Assembly: GCA_010909165.1 (NCBI GenBank)
Contig: MU008162.1
Location: 62,001-126,000 of the forward strand
DNA: 64,000 nucleotides
Reading direction: 5' to 3'
Source: Anthoceros angustus
Lineage: Eukaryota; Plantae; Anthocerotophyta
Made by a program: the position numbers and the translations under genes. Shown in pieces: positions 12,601-24,595 of the stretch; position 1 is the stretch's first letter; each line of letters begins with the position of its first letter. Under the pieces are notes generated by a model. It was not told where the DNA came from, did no database searches, and saw nothing but the letters and a program-made list of their open reading frames with translations.

Positions 12601-13400
12601 GGTATCGCCTGTTTGTTTTTCTGACCAGGTCTTGTAGTCCTTGAAGCATGAAAATGCTTGGGCCTTGTTCTTGAGTGTGTAAATGACAGTGAAGCGAGTG
12701 AAGCCGTCGATTACCAGCATAAAGTAGGTGTAGCCGAACAATGATCTGGTGAAGGGCCCGCAGAGGTCAGAATGTACCAGCTGAAGGCGCTTGGTTGCTC
12801 GTGTGTTGGATGCCTGAGGAAAAGGTGATCGATGGCTCTTTCCAAGGGAACAGGCTTCACAAGTGCCGAAGTCCTCTACGTGTGAGAGGGTGAAGTCAGA
12901 GCTTGAGTTTTAACATGTCCTTCATTTTCTGATTCATGTGCAGCCGGGCATGCCACAGAACGTCGATTGTGTTGTGCCTCGCGGATAGAGATGAGGGTGG
13001 CTAACCCGAGATGGTATAAGTCGTCATTTTAAGGTCACCGTGGCGATCGTGTCGCCTTGTGGTGTTTCAATGACACAATGGCCGCCCAAAGCGTAGAAAG
13101 GTACCACTTGATCAACCTTCGAATCGAGAAGAGATTTTGGTGAGGCTGTACTAGAAGGACATCCGAAATCTGCGAGGTTGAGTTGGGTTGGACATTGAGG
13201 TCTACCGATCCAAGCCCAAGTATGTGGTGTTTAGAATTGTCACCAAGGCTGACAAAATTCGGCTGTGCTGTAGGTGTTATTTTAGTGAAGTATTCCCTGT
13301 GGGGAGTCATATGTTGGGAGGCTCCGGAGTCAATATACCAGGCATGTTCGCCTTGGGCAGATAAGTAGGAGGCTACAAGAGCTGAGGGTGTGCTAGCAAG
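9648..13400 (-). CDS. Copia pol: protease (WYIDSGASQHMT), integrase (frameshifted), intact RT-RNase H
   Basis: Motifs YKARLVAKGY, QLDIKTAFLYG, LLKSLYGLKQS, YVDD, GFSDADWAG, SSTEAEY, CDNQSA, LRSDGGGEY. RT-RH is open from ~11400 to 9648; the integrase region has indels. Confidence 0.92.
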
Positions 13401-15975
13401 TTGAGGGTCGTGGTCAATGTGAGCGAGGAAAGCCTTAGAGTGCCTCTGCATGGTTAAGGCCAGTTGGCCAGAATGCTGATTTCTGTAATTGTTAGAAGAT
13501 CCTAACCGCTTACGGCATTCTTCATATGTGTGTCCAGGTATTTTACAATACCCGCAAATTGGCTTCCATGATGGGTTGAAATTGCCTCTGCCGCGGCTGG
13601 GGAATGTACCCCGTCCTCTATTTGTGCCGCGTGGTGCCTCGGAAGGAGCCTCTTCCACGACCTCTGTTCCGCCCTCGTCCTGTGAAGAAAGCACTGCTGG
13701 AGGAGGGCTCCCCAGCTTGAGCAAATACTTTCCGACGGCCTTCCTCTGTAAGCATGGCACTTAAAACCTTGTTGGTGAGGGGTTGAATTCCTGCTCATCG
13801 ACCGACCCACGATTCCTAGAATGTGGATAGCAAATTGCGGCTAGGAGCTCCTCAGGGATGTTGAATCCAAGGGCCTGGAATTTCACGGTCCAGCCTCGAA
13901 ACACCATTGCGTGGTGGTCCACATGGTCGCCCTCTGCCATGCGAAGACTGAGGTAGCTCTTGATAGTGTGTATGGTGTGCATGATGTCATGGGCGTCGTA
14001 GATTTCGTGCAGCTGTTGCCATGCCTCGGCTGCTGTGGCTGTCCCCTCCAGCTGCTGCACGGTGCCTTGCTTCATGCTTTGCATGAGAACATTTTTGGCT
14101 TGTTGGTTGTAGTCCTCCCATTCTTCTTTCTCCTTCTGTGTGCCAACTGCAGGGCAAGCTATGGGGGCTGGGGGTGTGCCAACCCCACCAACGTAGCCCC
14201 ATAGCTTTCGCTCTTTAAGGATATTGGTGATCCGAAATTTCCAAGTGGGGAAATTATGTTGCTGGCCGTCAAACTTGTCCTCCTTGGGCGAGATAAGCGA
14301 GGGAGGCTACAAGAGAGGTGTGCTAGCAAGTTGAGGGTCGTGGTCAATGTGAGCGAGGAAAGCCTTAGAGTGCCTCTGCATGGTTAAGACCAGTTGGCCA
14401 GAATGCTGATTTCTGTAATTGTTAGAAGATCCTAACTGCTTACGGCATTCTTCATATGTGTGTCCAGGTATTTTACAATACCCGCAAATTGGCTTCCATG
14501 ATGGGTTGAAATTGCCTCTGGTGGGAATGTACCGTCCTCTATTTGTGCAGCGTGGTGCCTCGGAAGGAGCCTCTTCCACGACCTCTGTTCGCCCTCTCAC
14601 CTGTGAAAGCACTGGAGGAGGGCTCCCGCTGAGCAAATACTTTCCGACGGCCTTCCTCTGTAAGCATGGCACTTAAAACCTTGTTGACTGTGAGGGGTTG
14701 AATTCCCTGTAAGCTCTGTACGACACTGACCCACGATTCCGGTAATGTGGATAGCAAATTGCGGCTAGGAGCTCCTCAGGGATGTTGAATCCAAGGGCCT
14801 GGAATTTCACGGTCCAGCCTCGAAACACCATTGCGTGGTGGTCCACATGGTCGCCCTCTGCCATGCGAAGACTGAGGTAGCTCTTGATAGTGTGTATGGT
14901 GTGCATGATGTCATGGGCGTCGTAGATTTCGTCATTGTTGCCATGCCTCGGCTGGCTGTATCCCCTCAGTGCAGATTTGCCTTGCTTCATGCTTTGCATG
15001 AGAACATTTTTGGCTTGTTGGTTGTAGTCCTCCCATTCTTCTTTCTCCTTCTGGTGTTAATCATATGTTGGGAGGCTCGGTCAATATACGGCATGTTGTG
15101 TAAGCGAGGAGGCTACAAGAGGCAGGTGTGCTAGCAAGTTGAGGGTCGTGGTCAATGTGAGGAAAGCCTTAGAGTGCCTCTGCATGGTTAAGGCGATTGG
15201 CGAATGCTGATTTGTAATTGTTAGAAGATCCCTAATCTTACGGCATTCTTCATATGTGTGTCCGTATTTTACAATACCAAATTCATGATGGGTTGAAATT
15301 GCCTCTGCGGTGGGAATGTACCCGTCCTCTATTTGTGCAGCGTGGTGCCTCGGAAGGAGCCTCTTCCACGACCTCTGTTGCCTCGTCCTGAAGAAAAGCT
15401 TCTTTGGAGGAGGGCTCCCGCTGAGCAAATACTTTCCGACCTTCCTCTGTAAGCATGGCACTTAAAACCTTGTTGGTGAGGGGTTGAATTCCTGTAAGCT
15501 CACTCTGCCCACGATTCCGGTAATGTGGATAGCGTGCGGCTAGGAGCTCCTCGGGGATGTTGAATCCAAGGGCCTGGAATTTCACGGTCCACCTCGAAAC
15601 ACCATTGCGTGGTGGTCACATGGTCGCCCTCTGCACGAGGCGGAGTAGCTCTTGATAGTGTGTATGGTGTGCATGATGTCATGGGCGTCGTAGATTTCGT
15701 CATTGTTGCCATGCACCTCACTGTTGTCCCCTCAATTTCTTTGCGGTGCCTTGCTTCATGCTTTGCATGAGAACATTTTAACTTGTTGGTTGTAGTCCTC
15801 CCATTCTTCTTTCTCCTTACGTGCCTTAGCTGAGGGCAGCTATGGTGGGGTGTGCCAACCCCACCAACGAGCCCCATAGCTTCCTTTAAGGATATTGGTG
15901 ATCCGAAATTTCTGGGAAATTATGTTGCTGTCACAAACTTGTCCTCCTTGGACAGGGAGAGGTGGAGGTTGACAT
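13300..15975 (-). repeat. Copia gag present as three tandem indel-rich copies (~13300-14300, ~14300-15055, ~15055-15975)
   Basis: The peptides EIYDAHDIMHTIHTIK, EEAPSEAPR and the zinc knuckle CGYCKIPGHTYEEC recur three times. Confidence 0.88.
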
Positions 15976-16095
15976 CTTGTGTATGTTTAGTCTCTAAACG
16001 CTAAATACTGTGTTTCTGAGTAGGGTAGATATTTCTATCTGCATGGTGATCAGGACTCTATATGTTCTTTGAGGCAATTTAATGTGTGCGTGTGG

Positions 16096-16532
16096 TTAGT
16101 CCAGCTTTGTTAATTTCTCTATCACGGAATTGTGGAGGTTTGTGATTTCTTCAGCAGGTGGGAGCGTGAAGAAACCGTGCTGGCGACTTAAGGACCCTAA
16201 GGAGGATGTGACCTGTTCCTTGACGGCTGCGTGAGAGATAGGAGCGATTACGTCCAGTGTGGAGCAGATTTCTCTTTTCATGGTTGCTGAAAGAGAAAGG
16301 AAACCTGGATATAGGACAGGTCATATTCTGTGCGGTCAAGGTATCCCCTTAACAGCAATTCTTCCCCTATTAGAAGCAGGATGCCAGAAACTCTAGTCCA
16401 TGCGTAGATTAGTACATCTTCATGAGCCTCTCTTAAGAATCTTTGTTCTCTATGGAATCGTAGAGATTCCAAAATCTGGGCATCCCTATTTGCCCGTTTG
16501 AGTTGGCGTTGCTTTTTCTTAGAACCTGGCAT
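16096..16532 (-). CDS. Extra ORF pair in the copia 5' leader (84 aa + 61 aa, overlapping at ATGA); unknown function
   Basis: Lies between the PBS (16593) and the gag ATG (~15975). Basic N-terminus MPGSKKKQRQLKR. The stop of ORF1 overlaps the start of ORF2 at 16278-16281. Confidence 0.45.
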
Positions 16533-16604
16533 GTTAGAGAGGGTTATTCTTCATGATTCTAGGACACGGCTAGCAGACATGTTGTGGCGCCTGCTCTGAT
16601 ACCA

Positions 16605-16805
16605 TGTTGCGGTCACATGGACCGGGCACAGGATGTGTGAGACATATTGGATTGATTAGCAATGAGGAGCAATGTACATGATGTATGTCGGGTCGCCCAA
16701 ACGCCGCCTTTTTGTAACTGCTCGGTGATGCCTGCTCTATAACGCTTGAGAATCAAAATCATAAAGAATCAAACGCGTGCCTAAGGCGATGCTACTACTT
16801 TAACG
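16605..16805 (-). repeat. 5' LTR of copia element
   Basis: Homologous to 9390-9604 and directly adjacent to the PBS. Confidence 0.92.
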
Positions 16806-17637
16806 ACCTCGCCTCGGCTTCCTACCGCTCACGATGACACGACATCAGCAAAAACTGGCAAGCTTTCATCCATTTCAATTTGGAGCACGTGCTTGAACAC
16901 CAATTACCTCGTTGCACACAGCTCCAGGGAGTTGTAACATGGACTTTCAATCATGGGATCCCGGGACACCTTCTTCATGGACTTTCGAAGCACAAAAGTC
17001 CCAGGGTCAAGCTGCGACTAGACGTTTTCTGCTCAGCGCTGCTGGATTCATACAATCACAGCGTGGCTCAGAAGCAATCTAACGAGCTCAGTTAAAACGA
17101 AGCTGAACCTTCAGGTTTACTTGGCACAGGCCCTTGTAGACATTGCCTTGGTAGAACAGTCGTATCTGCATCAACAACGGGTAGACCTGCAGGAGCAAAG
17201 ATTGTTATAGTTGGTGCAACAGTACAGACGTGCAGCAGGGTGGTGTGAGGATGAGCAAGCACACGGACCTCCTTATCATCTTCCTTCATTTCTAGTTTCC
17301 TGCCCTGGAAAATGCTACAAGGGCATGCCCTACCAATTTCTTCAGCCGCATAGCCAGCGCCATCTCGTAATCCCGACAATCAAGAGCTCGAACGAGCTAA
17401 TCCCCGCCTTACGGTGATGATCCCATCGAATGCATGTCCCTCACCTCGCAAGCGGTGTCCTCTATATCAATTACAGTCACCTTCGACCAGTCCAGTGGAA
17501 CTCGGGTATTTCTAGATGCCACCAGCTGAAATCTGCACAAGAAACCCGATGAGGTACTTCATGTTTGCGACAGGAAGACATCAAGTCTGTTTCCACCTGC
17601 CATCTAGTACCTAGCTATGCGCTTCGACAAGGTTGGC

Positions 17638-18460
17638 TGTCAAGAAATCATCTCTAACTTGGACACACTGTGACTCATGCTCCAAGCTTGTTGAAAGCCC
17701 ACAACATTTCACCCGCACCTGCTCCTGGTGTCGTCTAAGAATCTTTGACACAGAAACATTTCACAGTAAACCATGTTTCACCTATGCCTTCTTGCAAGCA
17801 CTCAAGTGAGGAGCCCTGACATCTCTTGGCATGCCTACGTACTCTGGGCCATGACACACTCTTCCAAAAACATCTACGTGCATAGTTTCGTATAAAGTTA
17901 CTAGAGCAATTACTGGCCATCTCTACGCAATGGCAAATGAAGCTTGACAGCCGTGTTTGATGCTTTCACCGTTAGCACTCCGAGATCGTCTATGCTTCTT
18001 CTCACCAATAGGTACAGGTGTTGGAGGCATGGGAACAATCCGCAAGTCCTGCGGCCCATATCCATACCAATAACTGCAAGCAAAACACTGAAGATGAAAT
18101 CTTTCAATGATACCAACAAGCAGAAAGTAAATGGATTGAATCCTTGGGGTCCATACATACCGTGTTGTGACAATGGCTGCATCTAGCTTCAGACAACTTA
18201 CTGCTGAAGTATTGCTGGCCAGCCCTCTACGAGATGCCTTGTAATAATTTGTAGGAGCCTGTGGCAATGCGTTCATGCCTTCTATGAAATCCTGCACTCT
18301 GGTCCAAGGGATGTAAGCTAGCTGTCGTTGTTTGTCTTGGCCAGGACAAGATGGATGCTTGTATGAGGATCGCTGCTATTCCAAGTCATTGAAAGAAAAT
18401 TTCCCTCCACCAAGCCTTTGAACTGCAAAAGAACAATGCGCTGCAACCTCATCCATCACT
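17638..18460 (-). pseudogene. N-terminal fragment of a MULE/SWIM-type transposase-like gene (At1g60560/At4g13970-like)
   Basis: Reads KFSFNDLE*..AYIPWTRVQDFIEG..YWYGYGPQD..SIKHGCQASF..HVDVFGRVCHGP..APHLS..RDDFLT with in-frame stops. Same motif series as the + strand copy at 19546 onward. Confidence 0.7.
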
Positions 18461-19360
18461 GGAGCACGATCAGTATACGTGCATCCTCCCCAGCCTTAGG
18501 TCTTTCAACTCTTACCGTGTGCCCTGCTTTGAGCAAAGCGCTCTCTCGGCTCTCGTTCTCAACTGAAACGAACGAAGGGCGAGCAGTATCGCCGCGGGAA
18601 TTGCTACGACAATCAAGGCGATGGGAACTTGAATTAGTTTCCCGCCTCCCGGTGTGGCCATGGTTGGCATGGATAAGAGAGAGAGAGGAGTAGGGGAGAG
18701 GAAGGCCATGCTCATGGCATGGCATGTTGGTTCGCTAGGCCGTACCCCGCAGGCGCTAATGGTGTGCTCTTAATGCGAGAACGGAAACCAAAGCACCAAC
18801 TCACCATGGTGAGCATGTCACACCGCAGCGCTCATGCCATCGCTCTCATCCACTCTCCCGTTCGGCATGATGGCATTTCGCGTCGCCGCTATTCCAAGTC
18901 ATTGAAAGAAAATTTCCTCCACCAAGCCTTTGAACTGCAAAGAACAATGCGCGCAACCTCATCCATCAATCGAGCACGATCGTGTCGTGCATCCTCCCAC
19001 TTAGGTCTTTCAACTCTTACCGTGTGCCCGCTTTGAGCAAAGCGCTCTCTCGCTCTCAACCAGAAAAACGAGCGAAGCGACGCGCTGGAATTGCTACGAC
19101 AATCAAGGCGATGGGAACTTGAATTGTTTCCCGCCGCTCCGGTGGCTTCGATGGTTGGCATGGATAAGAGAGAGGAGTAGGGAGAGGAAGGCCATGCTCA
19201 TGGCATGGCATGTTGGTTCGCTAGGCCGTATTTCGCAGCGCTAATGGTGTGCTCTTAATGCGAGAACGGAAACCAAAGCACCAACTCACCATGGTGAGCA
19301 TGTCACCGCTCGCCATCGCTCTCATCCACTCTCCTTGCATGATGGCATTTCGGCGCTGTC
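18370..19360. repeat. ~510-bp tandem duplication (18370-18885 / 18886-19360)
   Basis: 'gctattccaagtcattgaaagaaaattt...' through 'gatggcatttcg' occurs twice; the second copy has many small deletions. Confidence 0.85.
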
Positions 19361-22218
19361 GCTTCACTAACCCTAATGTAATGTATAATATAGCTATACC
19401 ATATGTACTTTATATTGTACCCATATGTCTACATATTCTGAACCCGCCTTTAGTTTGAAGAAGTGCAAACTCAGTGCCCTATCCAGCGCTCGCGAGGCCA
19501 GCTCAGAGCCGTGGCAACAAAGCAGAAGACAATCCCGTAGATTTTATGGATGAATCAATTCCGAGAAGGCCTGTGGGTGCCCCCATCCTGCCTCAACCTT
19601 GCCCTTTTGAAGTGCAGAATCCGGGTCCCGGTCCTTTCTGTAAGGAGACATTGAATTGGAAGGATTGTGAGCATCTTGTCCGGCAGACGGTGACTCGTGT
19701 GAAATGTTGCTACATTCCCTGGACGAGGTACCCAGATTTCATTGCTGGCGAAGAGAAGTCGACATTCTTCCCCACCAAATTGTGGAGGGCCAATGTTTGG
19801 ACCAGATCTGGTGTGAGGCAAAGAGGAATTTCATCTACCAGTCGTCGGCACTACATCAAGTTTGCCTGTGCTTATGGCTACCGAAAGCAAACTCCTCTGG
19901 ATTCTGCAGTTTGTGCGGACATCACTAACAAGCGAAGTTAGGCAAAGGGAGCGCTCCAAGATTGCTGTGGAGAAAGCAAGAAACGTGGTGCCGCTTTTGT
20001 TGTTTGTAACACGAAGAGATGTTTCGAGGTTCTTTGAGACTACATCAAAGGAGCACATTAATTCAACGGGAGAGTATTGTCATGGTTTCCTAGCGAGTGA
20101 TTCAGCTTCAAATTGTACCCTTGCTCCTTACTTGTCCACAGCTAAGAAGGAGTGGGTGAAGTATAAGTTGCTACGTAAGACGACTGCTTTTTAGATCCTA
20201 ATTGACCATGAGTCTGAGTTGTTTTTAAGAATCCATCGTGATGTGCAAGCAATCCTTGAGCGGGATGATTTTTTGCTGCCTAGAGACATAAGGAATTTGC
20301 AGGCAGAGTTGGACTCCAGGGTGTGGCGATTCCATGTAAACGATGAGGTGAGTGTCAAGGTGTGGATGGATGTCCATAGGGAGGAGGTGTTTTTCCTTTC
20401 TTGGGAGAAGAAACGACATGCCAAGGATTTTATGTTAGGCATCCAAAGCAGTTTTCGATTCTGGTCCATATTGCGTTGGGGTCACAAGTCGTTGATATCT
20501 ATGGATGCCATATTTGGCACCAATAAGTGGAAGTTCCGGTATTCACTCTTGGTTTTTACGATCATTTTAACGATCCTGTCGCTTCACTAACCCTAATGTA
20601 ATGTATAATATAGCTATACCATATGTACTCAGTATTGTATGTCTACATATTCTGAACCTGCCTTTAGTTTGAAGAAGTGCAAACTCAGTGCCCTATCCAT
20701 GTCATGAGGCCAGCTCCAGCGGCGTGACAACAAGCGAGAAGACAATCCGTAGATTTTATGGATGAATCAATTCCGAGAAGGCATGGGTGCCCCATCCCTC
20801 AACCTTGCCCTTTTGAAGTGCGTCGGGTCCCGGTCCTTTGTAAGGAGACATTGAATTGGAAGGATTGTGAGCATCTTGTCCGTGACGGTGACTCGTGTGA
20901 AATGTTGCTACATTCCACAGGAGGTACCCAGTTTCATTCTTGGCGAAGAAGTCGACATTCTTCCCCACCAAATTGATGGAGGGCCAATGTTTGGACCGGA
21001 TGCAGTGTGAGGCAGAGGAATTTCATCTACCACTCTCGGCACTACATCAAGTTTGCCTGCTTATGGCTACCGAAAGCAAACTCCTCTGGATTCTGCGGTT
21101 TGTGCGGACATCACTAACAAGCGAAGTTAGGCAAAGGCGCTCCAAGATTGCACTGTGGAGAAAGCAAGCGTGTGGTTTTGTTGTTTGTAACACGAAGAGA
21201 TGTTTCCGAGGTTCTTTGAGCGAGACTACATCAAAGGGAGCACATTAATTCAGCAGAGTATTGTCATGGTTTGCTAGCGAGTGATTCACTTCAAATTGTA
21301 CCCTTGCTCCTTACTTGTCCACGCTAAGAAGGAGTGGGTGAAGTATAAGTTGCTACGTAAGGCAGCGCTTTTAGATCCTAATTGACCATGAGTCCGAGGT
21401 GTTTTTAAGGAATCCATCGTGATGTGCAAGCAATCCTTGAGCGGATGATTTTTTTTGCCTAGAGACATAAGGAATTTGCGAGTTGGACTCAGTGTGGCGA
21501 TTCCATATGTGATGAGGTGAGTGTCAAGCTGTGGATGGATGTCCATAGGGAGGAGGTGTTTTTTCCTTTGCCGGGAGAAGAACAGCATGCCAAGGATTTT
21601 ATGTTAGGCATCCAAACAGATTTTCAGTTACGGTCCATATTGCGTTGGGGTCACAAGTCAGTGATATCTATGGATGCCATATTTGGCACCAATAAGTGGA
21701 AGTTCCAGCTATTCACTCTTTGGTTTTTTACGATCATTTTAACGGTATCCCTGTCGCTTGGGTGATTACCAGCAAGGCTACGTGAGCCAATATTTCACAG
21801 TTGCTGGAATGCTTACAAGCAAGGATGCCTACATAGTAGGCGCAAAACGCTCGTAGACATTGTATGGCGGAAATTAATGGCATCAAGGCTGTGTTTGGAA
21901 GTAACGCATCGGGTTTTCTTGTGTCTATGGCATGTTCGGAGGGCGGTCACTGCAATTGCTAAAAAGGTGAAGGCACCCAACACCAGGCATGCAATTATGA
22001 AATCCTTAGGTGACATCATGCATATGGACATTGATGTCAGGGTAGAGGTAAACCAAGCATGCGTCCAAAGACTTGAACTGTTTTATGCTACCTTCCAGGA
22101 GTCTGCTAGTAGCTTTGTGAAGTATTTTAAAGACCAATGGGGTTCTAACATGCTACAGTGGATTAAAGCAATTAGGACAATTCCACATGCCGGACAAGAC
22201 TGCAACTCGTCCATAGAA

Positions 22219-24595
22219 AACACGATAATTTTTGAAGGGGGTGAATAATCTCGAAGGGGGTTTTCCGCAAATAATCTCTGAAGGGGGTTTTTGATGGGCC
22301 CTAAAACAGCGTTTTGAAGGCATTCGGAAAACACTCCGAAAAAAGGGTGTCACCCAAGAAAGTTACTACTTTCCATCCAAAGAATGTTTGTGTCGAATGG
22401 TGGTCGCAACTCGAACCTAGGGAATGATGCAAAGTAGGAACGGTGAGGAAGGCTGCCTCACGGTGGACGATCAGAACTCGCTTTGGGATGGAAATGTGGT
22501 TTTGTTATGACACCACAAAAGCCACGGGAGGTATTTCCTAACACGAAACATCGACGGACTTACAACATTAACTGGGACCCGGAAAAAGCGAGATTTCAGT
22601 TTCACTCATCCCGAGTTCAATCCATCGTCATCACTTGGTCCGACTTCTCCTCCATTGTCATCACTATCTTGACGACACTTTCACTCGCAGTTGTATGAAG
22701 CCACGCAACTCATGAGCTTATCCCTTATCGCTTTTTGTCCACCGCATACGGATGTTTCCGTCGTTCAACACAAACCCATGTCTGAGGATGGATTTCATTC
22801 ACAAATACCTCCTGTATGTTTTTAGGTAATGGATCTTATTCCCTTTTTCCTCGGCATTGGACGGATGGGTTACCACTCTGGCGGACTATGTGTTCACACA
22901 TATCTCCTTCATACGCATCTATGTGCTCGGTCCGATACTAGTGGATAAGAAAGTGAGGTCGTGGTGCGTTTAGCTTCACGTCAATGACCTCCCAATCCGA
23001 ATGGCACTATGCATGTCCGTATTGCAGCGGCGCGAAAACCCTCTCGGTTCCGTTATGTCCCCATTCATCCGTGCCATTTCCAGCTTGCCTTCCCGCATTT
23101 TGATATGCCCCAAATACATATCACGTGGGAGGTCCCTCAATAATGCCTCATCTAGCAAAGCTTCATCCGCACTTGAAGTGGTCAGTATGATCCACTTCGC
23201 GCGTGAAAACCACTTCCAAGAATGACGTAGCACTAGCCCAATGTTATTCTCCACAATGATAGCAATCTCCTTCCGGTCCAGGCTTCCCACCACTTATACT
23301 CTTCAGGTCACCTATGGATGCAAATCTTTTAACCCTTCACGCAAATGGGCCACACCTTCCATCGGTGATAGGATACTGCCGTTCCTTCTTGTCCCCCTAG
23401 CTTCACCGTATGCACCGTAGGATGGTGCTAAGGAGGCGATCGGCCGGCGCCTCCCCATGCCACTCATGGCGCGGCCGGCGCGCCTCCCCTAACACCACCG
23501 CCCATGGGCGCCGGCCGGCCAGCGCCTCCCCCACACACCTACCCATGGCGCCGGCCGGCCGCCCCCCCCTCATACCACCGCCCATGGGCCGGCGGCCGGG
23601 CCCTCCCCTAACACCGCCCATGGGCGCCGGCCGGCCTCCCCTAGCACACCACATGGCGCCGGCCGGCGCCCCTAGCACACCTGCCCATGGGCGCCGGCCG
23701 GCCAGCGCCTCCCCTCACACCTGCCCTGCCATGGGCGCCGGCCGCCCGCCCTCCTCCTGTCTTCAGAAAATAAATATTTAGCGCCTCAAGTATTCAACCA
23801 TGGATTGTTGGTCTAGTGTTTGGGAAATAAGTGTAGTAATGAATAGGTTTCGTGTTCAAACCTCGTGCCTCCTCAACAGTTCAATTTTGTTGATTTTAAG
23901 GATGCTTGCATGGGCGCATGGGCAACTAACTTTGTTCATTTTAAGGACGTTGGCATTGCCTTAAAGCCCAAGTGGTTGCATTGAGTGCGGAAGGTTGAAG
24001 ACCACGATGGCGACCTTTTGGATGAGGGTCGGACCCTAGATCTTTGTGGCGATCGACACCGTCGGGCAGGCCCAAGAATGATACTATTGAAGGCAGCAAG
24101 CAATGGAGGAGCGACAACCGAGGCGGAGGATATGGACCGCCTCGAATATGGCGGTGGTACTTGACTCGATTTGGCGCAAGGCATGGATGAGTCGCCGGCC
24201 GCACTCTTGAATGGCTATTGTCGATCTTGATGACCACTTCCTCCTTGATTGTTTGTTGCAATGTTCTCACGACCACTTAAATGAGACTCCGCTAATGCAT
24301 TGTTTTCATTGTGTTCCACCACTTGAAAGTAAAAGTTTTCGGTTGTAATAAACATATGAAAATGGCAGCCCTCTATGCATTCTACTAAAGCATAAGCGGG
24401 CCACACCCTCATGCTCCAGTTCTCGGTGTAGACTTGAAAGTGCATCTTTTATCAAAGATATGACCTCAGAAAGGGTGTGTGCATTATCAAAGTAGGGCAC
24501 ATATGCTGTTCTAGGTAAGGTGTTCTTCGTGACAAGGGGGTGTTGTCTCGGCCGAAAGGGGTCAGTATATCCCCCCCTTCAAAAATTATCGTGTT
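22219..24595. mobile_element. Nested ~2.4-kb TIR element; TIR AACACGATAATTTTTGAAGGGGG; TSD AGAA
   Basis: Perfect 23-bp inverted ends at 22219-22241 and 24573-24595. AGAA is duplicated at 22215-22218 and 24596-24599. The uninterrupted site 'tccatagaagca' is preserved at ~25424-25435. Subterminal 'taat...gaaggggg' repeats at the left end. Confidence 0.85.
23435..23757. repeat. GC-rich minisatellite, ~9 units of ~35-42 bp, core CCCATGGGCGCCGGCCGGCC
   Basis: Repeat is directly visible; the core is built from overlapping palindromes. Confidence 0.85.

Larger units (their letters stand above)
9390..16805 (-). mobile_element. Full-length Ty1/copia LTR retrotransposon inserted in an RDR exon
   Basis: Two ~200-215 bp LTRs (9390-9604, 16605-~16805) with TG..CA ends. 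iMet PBS TGGTATCAGAGC at 16593-16604(-), purine-rich PPT at ~9605-9620(-), domain order gag-PR-IN-RT-RH. Probable 5-bp TSD gcctc (9385-9389; right side reads acctc/gcctc). Confidence 0.95.
7714..17637 (-). pseudogene. RDR: RNA-dependent RNA polymerase, RDR-gamma (RDR3/4/5-like); split by an LTR element, 5' end missing, 3' exons frameshifted
   Basis: Spliced exons read PTLSKRIAR-FQLVAS, DGAGY..ACPCSIFQG, PLLMQIRLFYQGNVYKG, VLRKSMKKV..NSLELCAT, SQTLVLLLSEGSVP, YMLKGCPDPTGLLERDQV, VIVYRYPGLHNGD, FFSTKGPRSVVDEMAGGDMDGD, LADLSYKAVDADK, RPHFMD, SPVGQIFD. These follow the RDR3/4/5 motif order. Confidence 0.9.

Noticed and set aside
16605-16805. Dating the copia insertion from LTR divergence
   Set aside because: The differences are mostly small deletions in an error-prone stretch, so any age would be inflated.
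17740-18400. In-frame stops repaired by U-to-C RNA editing
   Set aside because: Such editing is organellar and this locus is nuclear. TGG-to-TAG changes cannot be fixed that way; methyl-C deamination explains them.
23435-23757. CRISPR-like array (palindromic repeat plus spacers)
   Set aside because: The spacers are related C-rich variants rather than unique sequences, there are no cas genes, and the context is a eukaryotic TE. It is a minisatellite.
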